DNA of 64,000 nucleotides from Phyllosticta citribraziliensis (Eukaryota): NCBI RefSeq assembly GCF_038025025.1, contig NW_027117347.1, positions 1,240,001 to 1,304,000 of the forward strand, read 5' to 3'. Shown piece by piece: positions 12,608 to 25,669 of this stretch (position 1 is its first letter; each line of letters starts with the position of its first letter). The notes under the pieces were generated by a model. It saw only the letters and a program-made list of their open reading frames with translations, ran no database searches and was not told where the DNA came from. The position numbers and the translations under genes were made by a program.

Positions 12608-12989
12608 CTTGAGCGGCGGCCTGCTGTTGCTCTGGGGTTGGGTTGGAGCGGAGTGGTTGTAGTGCTGGCTGCGTGGTTGACGAATTTCCTGTGAGACCCC
12701 ACTGCGGGATTGCCGTAAGGCTGAAGGCGGTGTGCAGGCGGTCCGCATCGGCAGTGGAAAGTGGTTGCCGGTCGCTGGTGCATCCCTAGTGTGGTCGGCT
12801 CCAGACATTCAACCTTCCCTTTCTCTCTCTCACTGCTAACCCATCCCATCTCTCGAACATTCAACCATTGTCTTTCGTTTACACCCTTCTACATCAGGTT
12901 TCCACGGCTAGAGGGAAAGAATTACCTTGTCTAACGCGTGGTTCCCACGGTACTTTGCCCGGAAACCTCACGCCTCTTCCGCCGCCATC

Positions 12990-14308
12990 ATGACGGACAA
13001 GTCAGTTAAGTACCGGACGGAGATCCAGCAGGTACGTAGATTCTGTCTGTTGGAATCCCTGTTTCTCACCTTCAGTCTTTTCTTTTCCCTCCGTGACTTC
13101 ATGTACATTTGCTTCTCAGCTCCTCTGGAGGTTCTTCGTCACGGTTGTTTTTAGTAGAGCGACAGCAATACCAAGATCGCATCTTTGCATGCTCACACAC
13201 TGTTTTGACACTCACTGAGCAACTACTTGTGACTTTTATGCAATTTCCATGCGCTGACACCGTGTCACAGATGATGTTCGTCTCGGGCGAGACGGCGGAG
13301 CCATCAGCGGAGACCACAACCTTGATCGAGCAGATTGTCCAGCAACAAGTCCAGGAAATGGTAAAGGCCTATTACTGAATGAATTCTATCCATCAGTGCA
13401 CTAAGTCATCATAGCTCCGCGAATGCACTAATCTTGCAACTCGCCGTGGCAGCCGCAGCATATCCACTGACGATCTCATGATGCTCATCCGCCACGACCG
13501 CGCAAAAATCAGTCGTTTGCGTACCTTCTTGCAATGGAAAGACGTCCGCAAGACGGCCAAGGACTCGGATGAAAAGAATCCAGGAGCAGAAGAGCTCGCA
13601 GCGGACGACATAGGTGTCGACATCACGGCCACCGCTCCCAACCCAGCCACCAAGACCGCCAAACCTGGCGGTGGTGGTAAAAAGGCCGTCGATTTAGTGT
13701 GGGATGTTCAATCTTTCTTCACCGAGTTTCCTCCATCAAGAGAAGACGAAGAGGATGAAGAGGAAACCGAGATGAATTATGCAACCATCCAGCGCCTTAG
13801 GAATGCTGACGAGCGCACTAAGAATATGACGCGCGAGGAGTATGTCCACTGGTCTGACTGCCGACAAGCAAGTTTCACGTTCCGCAAAGGCAAACGGTTT
13901 AGAGAATGGGCGGGCTTCGGCACCATCACTGACAGCAAACCCAACGACGATATTATCGACATTCTCGGCTTCTTGACCTTTGAAATCGTCCAGACACTCA
14001 CCGAGGAAGCCCTCCGGGTCAAGCAAGCTCAGGATGCCAGCCGCAAGGCATCAGGAGGAATCAACTCTTCGGATGGCAGCAACGGCCGCAAGCGCAAACG
14101 CGAAAGCGGTCTCTTTGACCCACCGGAGGAAGCGCGCGAACCTGTTGGACCGGACCATGTCAGAGAGGCGTTTCGTCGTCTGCAGCGCACGCCGCCCAAG
14201 AGTCGCGCAATGCTCAACTTTTCAGGGCTGTTGCAAAGAACTTTGCTCAAGCTCGTAAGTCCCTTTATACAAGCCCTTCGGCCATTTCGCTAACCTTTGA
14301 AGATTTAA
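12990..14308 (+). CDS. SPT3: SAGA complex subunit Spt3; multi-exon
   Basis: [51 protein letters not shown] and [35 protein letters not shown]. Final micro-exon ATT TAA at 14303-14308. Confidence 0.95.
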
Positions 14309-16748
14309 TCGCCTCGGCGCGGGATTCGTGGTACTCGGAGTCGTGGCTTTGGGTTTATTTTTGCTTTTGCTACCGGGTATACCCCTTTTCCCAGGGCGAC
14401 AATCTGCATTTGTAGGGAGTTGAGGCCAGGCCTAGGTACTGGTCTTGGTGCGGGGACGCGGCGTTTAGCGCAACTCTTACAATTGGGTAGGTACCGATAT
14501 ATCGATTCTAATGCACGGCATCACACCAAGCCTTGGAAGGTCTTGGTGCAGATGGGTCTAATTCAGGTCGCCTTGCACGTTCTTTTGAAGTGGACGCGTA
14601 TGTGTGCATTGAGAGGCTCAGCCGGCTCCGTCGGGCCCGTCAAAGTCGAGCGGCTGGGAAAAGAGTCTTGCGCCGTGATTGGAACGGCCGTGTCTACCGT
14701 AGTCTTCCATCACGCGACTTTGTACAAATACCTATTTCTCCGATTCGTTTGGGGGCTGACAGATTCGATTGGCAACTTGACGAAGAGGTACGATGAAGTG
14801 ACATCACAAGCCGATTGTTTTCACTGATGTTCCCTCTAGTTCAATCGCAATCGTGCATCTCGATCACGTCTTCAACTGAGCCTTCGTCATTGTGCTGGGC
14901 TGAAGTAGACAGCAAGCAAAGACAAGTATTTGCGCGCCGGGACGGAGCGGGTACGGGCCGCCGCGTGACGGCGGGTCGGAGTGCAACCTGAGAGTATCCA
15001 CTGATCAAGTGTTGACAGGTAGCCGTTCCGACGGACAGCGGCGCAGAGGGCCGTCAAGAGCTCTCCATACAGGACGCAGTTGGCTGCTTCGTTGTTGGTT
15101 TGCTTGTTTCCTTCCCTCCCGCCCCCTCCCATTCCGTGACCCCTTCTCCTCGGCCCCACCCCCAACAATCACTGGAAGCATTCTTCTGCCAGCCTCATGG
15201 ATTTCCGCGGCCGAGATGATCGATCGCCAGATTTCGCTTCCCACGACCCCCCCTTTTGCTACTTTGCCAGGATTTGCGCCTGATGGTTGCGTATGACAGG
15301 ACCCCTTTTCGTGTCAAGTGCGCTTGTGATTTGCTTGATGCTCGTGTCCTCCAGGAGATAGCGACGGTAAGGGTGAGTGATCAGAGGGTGGTGACAAGTG
15401 GGGATTGCGTGCCCAGTTTAGGTCACAGGATGCTTGTTAGCTCGACAGTTAGTGCTGTAGGGAGACGAGAGGGAGGGGGAAAGAAGCAGTGGGGACTGCA
15501 GAGGGTCATAGGGGGAGCGACTGTTGTTTCCCTTGGGGCCCACTGTTTCGCAAACACGAAACAATGATTCAGAAGCTGAGGCGACGTCGAGATAAGCTCT
15601 AAAGTCCCGAAAATGAAGGCCGTGATGGCCGCCTTTAAAATTCTGCTAGTGCTGTGGGATGGCTGCCACTGATACGTCCGGTAGAGGCTTCCCGCGGAAC
15701 CTTGGGAACATCCTATTTGCTGTGGAGGTAGCGTCTTCTTATCCTCCGTCTCGCATGGGGATGCATGGGAATGGAGGTGGTCGGAATCTGTTTTGTGATG
15801 TCACGGCGCGGATGAAGCGTGAGAGAGGTAAGGGCGGCAACTGCGGTTGGGCAATTGGGACCGCTGCCTAGCCCGTTGCGGCCTAGTCGACCATCTCTCA
15901 ACTCGGATTTCAAAGACGACGTCCATTCCTCTCTTCTGAGATATTTGTTTTGCACACTAAATCCACCCTGCTTCGTGGGCACCGCCACACCTGCTCTTTT
16001 CTCATGGTTCCCTTGGACGTCAGAAGAATATGTCCTCTCCACTATTGCCTCGCCTCGCCTCGTACGAAATCACTTCTGCGTGCGAGACTGTCCCTTTGGT
16101 GCTCCGCAACGCAGGCCTCCGGGCTCTAGGGATACATCCCACTAAACTCTCTGGACGACGAATGTGATAGGTCCAGCCCCCATGGCGATTGCCAACACAA
16201 CTGATTCCCAGAGGTGTGTTGTGTTTGGAGGGTGTCATTCTTGTTCGCCCGTGCTTCGGGTACTCTCCGCCAACCAGGAACTTGACGTGTCAAAAGCTGG
16301 GTGTTATTTTGCTTCTCTGCGGCTTGCATCATGTGCAACGTCGAGGGCATAGTTGTCTACTTTAATCGCGTTATCCGGGCTCCGAGTGGGAGACGACGTG
16401 ACACTATCCTGTCCCCTTGTGCCTCATGGTATGACAGCCCAAACGGCTGCATAGCGGAGCGGATCTAGAAGCAATCGTCCCGCAGTTTCAGCCTAGGAGC
16501 ATCGTTGTCAACAGGAGGATCTACCGTTCGCCTGGTGGCAAACATACGCGGTCCGCTTCCGAGCTAGCGGCACTAAGCCTGCAATTCAGGGTCACAAGTT
16601 GCAATGATACCACTGTCCCTACTTGGCACCACTTGACGTTAAAGACCCTTGCTTTCCTTGTCCAGCCTGGGCTTTTAAGAATTCACGTCTCTCTCGAATC
16701 TTGGATGTTTCAGTGCTCCTCTTGTTGATTTGCTTTGATCTTCGAGTC

Positions 16749-18596
16749 ATGGCATCCCCCAACGACTCCAAATCTGTGTTGACGCAGGATTTTGGACAGA
16801 GCAGTCTCCACTCTGGAGAACTTTCTGATTCTCCACAGAAGTTGGAAGGTCGCACCCCCCCTGAAAAGTCTGTCAAGGTAGGTACATTGAATCCACGAGG
16901 AAATGCAGCAGCGGAGCTAATCGAACATAGCGCGTTTTCGGCTTCTTTCAACTCCTTTTCACGATCCTGGTTTACCAATCAGGCTGGGAAGGTCCTGTAT
17001 CGTCAGTTCTCCTATACGATTACCTCAAGTCAGTCTTTTGCTAACGGCGTGGATCTCGCAGTAATTTATTACCTGTTTTTCTCAATGGCGGGCCTCAAGT
17101 CTTGATCTGGGGCTTGGTCATTGTCTGGGTTGGAGCACTCGCCCAGTCCGCGTCACTCGCTGAAATGGCGTCAATTACTCCCATCGCCGGTGCCCAATAT
17201 CATGTGAGACCTCCAGAGATGCGGCCCCTGAACAGGCGGCTGATTGTTGGATAAGTGGACCGCAGCATTCGCTCCTCGAAGATGCCACAAATTCGTCACC
17301 TGGATCCAGGGTGAGATACCTCCACATCAACTACTCGCTACAAAGGCTGACAGTCAAAGCCTGGATGACCTGGGTCGCATGGGTCGCTCTGCTAGCTTCT
17401 GTGCTCAATGTCGTAACCAATTTGATCCAAGGAACTGTTATACTGAATTACCCCGGATTTACATTCGAATCATGGCAGACATGGCTAATCATGATGTGCT
17501 TGCTTTCTTTCCTGTACACGATCAACATTTTTCTCTACTGGATCGTCCCAATGTACGAACTCATGACCGGCGTTCTCCACTTGCTGCTCTTCTTCGTTTA
17601 TATCGGCATACTCCTTGGATTCCAAAAGAAAAAAGCTTCTGCAGACTTTGTCTTTTTCCATCGCGTTGATTCGACTGCCACTTCGGGCTGGCCGACCAAC
17701 GCGGTCAGCTGGCACTTGGGTCTACTTACCCCTATCTACATATTTTCTGGTATGATTGATCCTGAAGAGGAAGAAACCTCGCTGACGATTTTAAAGGTTT
17801 CGATGCTGGCGTCAACCTTAGCGAGGAGACTTGCAAAGCAAAGATGGCTGTACCTCGAGTAATATTCTGGAACATTGTTGCCTGCGGCTTCTTCGCAATT
17901 CCCATGGCTATAGTAACGCTTTTCTCGGCTGGAGGCATGATCTCAGATGTCCTCGACTCTCCGTTCCCGTTCATCGAAATCTGCGCCAGAGTCACTGGCT
18001 CGCGCGTCCTTGCCACATGGATGGGCATCGGTCTCATCTTCATTGGAATCGGATGCAGCCTCGGGACCTTCCTCTCAGCCTCGCGGCTGACTTGGGCGTG
18101 GGCGCGAGACAACGGCTTCGGCCGCGCGTCTCCCTACATTGCCGAAGTCAACTCACGGCAGATCCCCGCGCGGGCTGTCACGGTAGCCTCTCTCGCGGCC
18201 GCCGTCATCGCGCTTCCAAACATCAAGAGCAAACTCATCTTCGCGGCAATGACCTCGCTGGCGACGCTGGCCCTATATCTGTCCTACGCGCTGGCCATCT
18301 CATGCATGCTGTTGAACCGGTTCGGCCTGGGTTCGCCAACCAAGTCTCTTGGTCAGTGGAACTGGGGGAGACTCGGACCCTTCATCAACGCATACGCCAT
18401 TGTCCATAGCCTGTACATGATCTTTTGGCTGCCCTGGCCGAGCACGTTGCCCGTCTCGGCGCAAAACATGAACTGGGCTGGCCCCGTCGTTGGATTCATT
18501 TTGTTGATTGTTGGAGGCATTTACCCGTTTGTCAAAAACACCTGGCAGGGTCTCGACGAGGTTCACGTCGAAAAGGTGGTGAACGAATTGTCTTGA
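16749..18596 (+). CDS. APC-superfamily amino acid/choline/GABA permease (Hnm1/Uga4-like); multi-exon
   Basis: Spliced exons give LNGGPQVLIWG, SLAEMASITPIAGAQYH|WT, SASRLTWAWARDNG, WNWGRLGPFIN and NMNWAGPV, with many hydrophobic segments. Intron phases are consistent with an intact ORF. Confidence 0.88.
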
Positions 18597-19123
18597 GCTG
18601 TTATAGACTCGGTCTCTTCTTGCTTCGATCGGTGGAGCTGAAAATCCCGAAAATCAAAAATTGTGGTTGATAGACATTCTCTGTTGGCACCCCGGAAAAG
18701 TTTGAGGCGTGATAAGGACGGGTGGGCTCTGGGTTGTACACTCCGCTTTGCAGACCTAATTACTAGGCGTTCTTGGTTGGTACACTGCAGCCGTGAACTT
18801 GACCGCGAATACGCCCAAGCTTTCCGATCGCGACTCTTGTCTTTCGCCTTGACCAAACAAGCTGCATCCCACTTCTCTGCGAACCAATATCAGGACTCTT
18901 CGCGGAGCGTGGTGATATCGAGGATTGCTGTTGCCAGCTAAAGTAGGGTTTAGGGTCGGGGCGAAGTTTCAGATGGTGAGCAGGAGTCACTGATCAAGTG
19001 GTCACTAATCTTGACCGTAAAGTCTGAAAGTTTGAAAGTAATGACAGTGCTCGATTTTAACGCTTTCTTATCTTTGCTGAAACTCAAAGGCGATTAAGGA
19101 ACGCATGCACGACAGCCCGTGAG

Positions 19124-19179
19124 ATCGCTTAAACGCTTCCGAAGCATCGCTTAAACGCTTCCGAAGCATCGCTTAAACG
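19124..19179. repeat. 22-bp tandem repeat ATCGCTTAAACGCTTCCGAAGC, 2 full copies plus a partial copy
   Basis: Exact copies at 19124-19145 and 19146-19167; partial copy at 19168-19179. Confidence 0.9.
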
Positions 19180-19475
19180 TCTCCAAGGCAGAGCAAGCGT
19201 CGCGGAGTAATGAGTGTCGACGTGGCAGGCCGTCACGTTGGAATAAGATACAGTATGGTTGATTTGTTGCCACAGGTGGGTCATGAGGTTGGATGTCGAA
19301 CGGATAAGCTGGCAGAGCCCAAGGCTCGAGATGCGGAAATCGTCAACGCAGGATCGCTCGTTACTTCATGGATACTGTTAGTCGTCGACCGAGCTAAGCC
19401 TCTTGCGTTCCCGGAAATACTTACTTTGTGAGAGTCAAGTTCTCCATCCGTTCCAGCGGTCCAGAGCACCGACGA

Positions 19476-20008
19476 CTATTGTTTCGGTGGACAGGTCGGT
19501 GGCACCCCCGATGCGAGAGAAAAGTTTTCGACGTTACAGTTGATCAACCTGTGATATCCTATCCAGAAATCACGGATTGTACAACCATTGTTGTAGCCTT
19601 GGACGTCGACGAGTTGATAAATGCAATCTCGGTTTATCTTCTTGTACTCTTCGGGAGCCTTGTTGGGGTCGTGAAGACAAAGCTCGAGGACGACCACGTC
19701 GCAACCGTACTCATTCTGACATTGGATATGGATATAAGGGGTTGGACTCTTTTGGAAGTCTATGCTCAATCCTGTTTTGTACCAGCCCTTGCGGCCAGCG
19801 ACTGTGTCGAAATCTCTGATATCGTCGGCTGCGCAACAGTTGGGTTGAAACACATTGGAGAATGTTGGTCCGCAGGACACGTCTGCCGATGAAAGCGAAA
19901 CCAGAGCCACCAAGGCAATGCAAGTAGCGATGACCTAGATATCGTCAGCAAGCACTGATTTGTTCCAAAGACCGATGGATTTACCTGCTGCAGCGACATT
20001 GGGAGCAT
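19476..20008 (-). CDS. Small secreted cysteine-rich protein (effector candidate), 160 aa, 2 exons
   Basis: Exon 1 20008-19985 (MLPMSLQQ); 50-nt intron GTAAAT..GCTGAC..CTAG (19984-19935); exon 2 19934-19476. The spliced N-terminus MLPMSLQQVIATCIALVALVSLSSA reads as a signal peptide; 10 Cys in the mature part. Confidence 0.75.
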
Positions 20009-20906
20009 GGTTGGAGATTGGATGTGGGAGAACCGGACGATGGTCAACTGGAGATGCGGAATTGTTGATTAATCATTTTATTACCGATTTGCGGGATCGT
20101 AACCGCCTATGCCTGGAAATAAACTCTGGCTTCGGACCAGAACGGCGATCTGAATGAGTGAGACTTTGTTTGGCTGGCGTCCTCTCATGCCTCGTATGAC
20201 CATTCAGTATTTTGCCCTGTTGTTCATCGCTACGTGCCAATGAGACCTGACAAGAAAGCAGTGTTTCGACAAGTCGCCTTCCAAAGAATTACGCTAAAAT
20301 ACCACGAAAAATGGAGATAACAGACGATATATCTATCTAATGGAATCACAATTGTAACTTGAAAGCGCAGCGTAGTGTCGAAACTTCCAGTGAGACGTGA
20401 GCCGGGCGCGTGTAACAGCATGAAGATAGATGTTATAGCGGCCACTCGGATTTGGAGTACTAGAGGAAAATGCTGGATCAGATGTAGTCGAGAAACCCCC
20501 AAATCTTGAAATGACGCGCAGCTACAAGCCGAGCCAAGAGCACAGCGGACAAATATATCTGCTTAATCTGATCCACCTAGGTGTTGGTTTTATGCTTGCT
20601 TGATAAGCTCCAGCAACACGATTACAGCGGGGACTCCTTTACCGCGGAGGTCGTCGTAGATTCTTGAGGGATTCTGACTGCGTTTGAGCGCAGATGGCCC
20701 GGTAGCTCCACAAAATATGCGCAGGTCAGTGCCAAAAAGGCGGAATGAAGTTACATATTTTGCTCCCAATTGAACTCCAATGATAGCCAGATCCTTGAAC
20801 CTATTCTCAGTGATGAGAATATTCAGTGCTAACGCCTTGGACAATGCAAAAAAAGGAACAGGGAGAAATGTGGACGGAACAAAATAAAGAAAGGGTCTCA
20901 TGCACA

Positions 20907-22883
20907 TCACTGCAGAATGCTTGACTGGAGAAAGCTTGCCTGAATCGCTCTCCTCTCCTTCTTCAACGGGCTGAATGCAAAGCCATCAGACGTCATGACT
21001 GTAGGGCCTTTAGCCGCGCCGCCTTTCTGACCGAGAGTCTTGTTCAATGCTCTTGCTGCGAAAATTCCCTTGCCAGGAAGAGGCTTGGCGGGCCTGTCTT
21101 CTTCGTCGTCAATGTCAAAGAGAGTCTTTCCAAGAATGCTGCTCTCTCCCCCGAGCTTCCTCTTCTTCTTTTGAAGAGGCGCTGATTCTTCGTGGAAGTT
21201 GGGAAATGCGGCAAGAGACTTGCGAGGCTGCTTGGCAGTCTTCATCTTGGGCTTCAGGGTTGTGACCTTGGCATTGGCGTCCTTGACTTTAAGCTTGTCT
21301 TGTCCAGCACGATTGTCGGTGCTCGGGTTTTCCGGCTCCTCGTCTTCGGATGCTTCTTCGGCGACCTTTTCCAGAGCTGGCGCGACGGCCTTTTTGCGTC
21401 TGGGGGCGGCTTTGGTGTTGGCCTTGCTATTGGGCGCAGGTGCAAGGGGTTGGGGTTCAGACGACTGCGCTCTCTCAGCCTTCTCAACCTTTTTCGTCTT
21501 CTTCGCGGGTTTCTCGACAACTTCCTCAATGCTCTGCTCGACACCCTCCACCTCCTCATTGACTTCTTGGATGGGACTCTCTGGTGCAACGCTCCCAGTG
21601 CGCTTCAGGAATGGAGTCATGGAGAAAGTGGACTTGTCACCGAGCATGGAAGACGCCCGGTGAAGCCTCTTCGCAGTTGGACCATCGCCAGGAGTTCCGA
21701 TTGTCGTAGCGTCAGGGTCTACCTGCAATGCGCGCTTGCGGGGATTCACCGCCTTTGGACCTTCGATGGCCGTCGGCCTGGCCGTTCCCTGGGCATGAAG
21801 CCTTTGAAGATCGGCCTGGGCCTCCTTCAGCTTCTCCTTCGTTGTCTTGAGCTTCGACTTGTAGGCTTCAGCGCGCTCCGTGGCGAGCGAGGTCTGGCCT
21901 TCGGCTTCCATTTGAACTTTTTGGAAGGCCTTCTCTGCTTTTTCGCGCTCTCTCTTCTCCTTTGCGAGTTCCTTCTTAAGTTCCTCGAGCCTCCCCTCTT
22001 CCTGGACATCCTTCGCAACCTCCTTCTCGAGTTCCTTGTCACGCCTCGACTTTTCGCGGTCCGCAGCTTTCTGCGCCGCTTCGAACTCCTTCTGGGCCTT
22101 CACAGTCTCCTTGACGGCCTTTTCTCGTTCTTTCCTTTCTGTGTGCAATTCTTTCCGCAGGCTCTCGATTTGCGCCTGCAGTTCCGCGTCCTTTTCGTTG
22201 TATCTCTCCGAGCGTGCAAGAGCGCGCTGAGTGGCACGCCTTTCGTTTTCGAGCTCTACCTCGGCGGCATCAAGCTGGCGTTGGAGCGATAGCTTCTCGG
22301 CAATGACATTATCTTGCGATGCGAGCTGGGAGCGCAAGTGTTCGAGTTCGGGCTTCAGGGCGGACAATTCTCGTGCAAGGGCGAGTTTTTCGGTGAGTAT
22401 TTTGTTGGAATCAGACGAGATATGTTCCATGGAGGCAAGTTGGGCCTGCAAGTAGGTCAGCGTGAGAAACCAAATCCAGTGCGCCTTGTAGTCTGACCTT
22501 CGCGGCCTCAAATTCCCGCGATTTGATTCGAAGATCATGCGAGATGCGCTGCACCTCTGCATCTTTTTCGGCGACCTGCGCGAAAGTGTCGTCCAGTTTT
22601 CCTTCCAGCTCTTCGCATTTTGTGTCCCTCTCGTCGAGATCGTTGTGCAATTGCTCGTTCTCATCCTCGAGAAGCATCATGCAAAACTTGAGCTCGCGGA
22701 TGCTTTCATCTTTGGCTACTGAGTCGAACTGGGCTTGGCTTCGAGCGAGATTCAGCTCGCATTCGGCAGTGTGGAGTTGCTGTAGAAGCTGCGCGACGTT
22801 AGCTTAAGAGTGGGCGGGTGTGATTGACCAGTAATTACTTCTGTGACTTCAGCAAGCCCTTGCGCCTCCGGCTTGGGCGGCAT
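20907..22883 (-). CDS. Long coiled-coil nuclear protein with basic NLS-like tail (possible Mde4/Lrs4-like monopolin subunit); 3 exons
   Basis: ATG at 22883 (MPPKPEAQ); introns near 22838-22780 and 22497-22446. Heptad-rich E/K/L N-terminal half; C-terminal STFSMTPFL, KKKRKLGG and FSPLKKERR. Confidence 0.7.
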
Positions 22884-23134
22884 ATTGTGGAATAATCGGC
22901 GAGACGTTGAGTAGGGAATGACCGGGTAGTGATTGATGGGTTGCGGAGTTGGCGCGTGTGCGGCGGGCGTTGGTGTAAACAAACCGCTTCGGCCAGTCGG
23001 CGACCCGGAGACGAGGACGGCTTAGTCACGGCCCTCCGCAAGCTCCCCGATCAAGCAACGTGGTAGGTGACGACGCATTTCCCAAGCATTGGATTTCAAG
23101 CCATTTTCCACAGCTTCACGGCGGCACCTCCACG

Positions 23135-24273
23135 ATGAAGCTCTTCTCGCTCCTGACACATTGCCTCCTTCCGCTGACCGCATTGGCGGCCAAGAAGGCA
23201 CCGGCCGCCGACCGATTCGACTCGTTCCGCGCACAGTCGACACCGCTGAAGCTCAACGACAAGGTCTACAACGAGTTGACGACGGCGCCGAGAGATTATG
23301 CCGTCGCAGTGCTATTGACGGCACTGGAACCGCGATTTGGCTGCGGGCTATGCCAGTCGTTCCAGCCTGAATGGAACCTGTTAGCAAAGAGCTGGACCAA
23401 GGGCGACAAGCATGGAGAGAGCCGGTTGCTCTTTGGTACTCTGGACTTTATGGACGGCAAGGGGACTTTCCAATCCGTATGACATCCTGTAATCCAAATG
23501 CCTGTAGTCGATGCTAAAAAACCCTCAGCTTATGCTCCAAACCGCCCCTGTCCTGCTGCTCTTCCACCCCACTGTCGGTCCCAATGCTCGTGTTGACAGC
23601 CAGCCCAAGCGCTACGACTTTGCCACGGGGTAGGTGATCACGGTCTCTCTCGAATTTCAGAGTCTAACTCCACCAGCAGTCCACAATCTGCCGACGGCAT
23701 TCATGCTTGGATTTCCCGCAGCCTCCCCGAGGGCCCTCACCCACCCATAGTCCGCCCCATCAACTACGTCAAGATCGTCTCTGTCACAACCGCCGTCCTC
23801 GGAGTGATCACATTCGTCTCGGTCGCGTTGCCGTACATTCTCCCCTTGATTCAGAACCGCAACCTTTGGGCGGCCATCAGTTTGATCCTGGTCTTGCTCT
23901 TCACCAGTGGCCACATGTTCAACCACATTAGGCAGGTGCCTTATGTGGTAGGTGATGGCAAGGGTGGAATTTCATACTTTGCGGGCGGATTCCAAAACCA
24001 GTTCGGCATGGAGACGCAGATCGTTGCCGCTGTTTGTAAGATATCCCCGCAACCAGACACTATTGTGGGTTGAAATGCTGACTGCGACTAGATGGTCTTT
24101 TGTCTTTTGCCGCAATCTCTCTCGGCCTCAAGGTACCACGGATTGCGAGCCCCAAAACTCAGTCAATCGCTGTCATTATCTGGGCAGGCGTAATGTTTGT
24201 GACCTACAGCTTCCTGCTCAGCATCTTCAGGATTAAGAACGGCGGCTACCCCTTCTACCTGCCTCCATTCTGA
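23135..24273 (+). CDS. OST3: Oligosaccharyltransferase gamma subunit (Ost3/Ost6 family); multi-exon
   Basis: Signal peptide MKLFSLLTHCLLPLTALA, thioredoxin-like CGLC, FTSGHMFNHIR, YFAGGFQNQFGMETQIVA and C-terminal FRIKNGGYPFYLPPF. Confidence 0.92.
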
Positions 24274-25669
24274 GCACGCAGTTCTTGATCTTGAATTGTC
24301 GAAAATGAAGTGGTTTAGAGTTTCCTGTCCAACAGGGCTGCTCGGCGGCGACGTCTCGGCCATACGAAAGTGGTGAGACAAAACACCAGTGAATAGAAAA
24401 TTAAAGATGGTAGAAACATCAAGTTTTCTATGCGTGGTTTTCCGATATTTTGTCTTCTTTAAAATTTGTCCCTCGCTTCTGGCTTTACTGATCCGAAAAC
24501 GAAATGGCCCTTCCAAATCGCCGCAAGGCTGCATTATCTGGAGACAAAAGCCGATTGTGTGTTCCGGGAAAACCCAGGAGATGTTTTGAAGCTCAAGGGG
24601 AGGAAGAGATCAGACATTGCGAGAAGAGGAAGATTTCGCAGAGGAAGGAAAAACGAGTGAAGGATTTGCTGCTGCCATCGTTGGACCATTTTTGAGGTGG
24701 TAGACCCCGTTTCTCTGATTTCGGACATGGCTGACTGCTCAATCAGATTGATAGATCCATCCCCGAAGCTTGGTCATTTGAACTTCTTATTGATGGACGT
24801 CGACCGCTGTTAGACAAAGTCTGGGACCGCGGCATTTCCGTTGCAATTGTTCTGGCTCTGGCTTGCATGGTGTCGACCCTTTGCCTCCACCCGGAAAATC
24901 CTTCGGCTGCTCAATCGACAAACTCCCAGTGGCGTTCTGCTAGCTGCTCGGCTCTCGTTTCTGCTTTGTCCCTTGCAGATTCTGGGCTATGGGGAGGCGC
25001 TGCCTGCCTTTCATGGCCAATTCTTTGGGCCAATTGCTCGCGTTTTTACAGCACTGGCGATTTCCATGCTGATCAATCTACTGATCCCAGTCAGTCTTAC
25101 AAAAGTCCAGCCACCTCAATTGAGGTTTGTGCGAGAACTTACGAAAAAATCAACAACCGCACGCCCACACGTCGATCCCATCAACGTGTCGTCTTTGACT
25201 GTTCATCTTGAAAGATCCGCGCAACAAAGCAAAGACGCCACAATCACCACCTGACCAACAACCCGAGCCACGTTCAGGCACAAGGTCTAAAATAGCATTG
25301 AAACGACAAAGAGAAATGGCAGTCGTCTCCTTGGCCAGCCGAATACAGACGACGGACATGCGCCATGAGGCCTTTGTCGTGGTCGCAACAACTCCAGGAC
25401 TTAAGAGCAGTAGCCCGCCAGCTATCTTCACGAGATCAGAGGTGACGCTTGCTTCCATTTGCTTTCCTTGTGGACCGGTTTCCCTCGTTTCTTCTTCTTC
25501 GTCAAGACCAACACACAACGGAGCTGCGCTTCGACTCGACACTCGTTCATACCATCCACTCCGGCCCAGTGAGGCAGTCTCTGCGAACTAGTCGTCAGTA
25601 CGACCGTTAGCCAAAGCAGAAGCAAACCAATCCAGCCCAGCTCAACACTGTCCTTGTCAGATTTTCAAA

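Noticed and set aside
13032..13270. Possible H/ACA snoRNA in the long first intron of SPT3 (CCGTGAC/GTCACGG stem, ACAGCA, ACA)
   Set aside because: Only a 7-bp stem and no convincing second hairpin; not supportable by eye.
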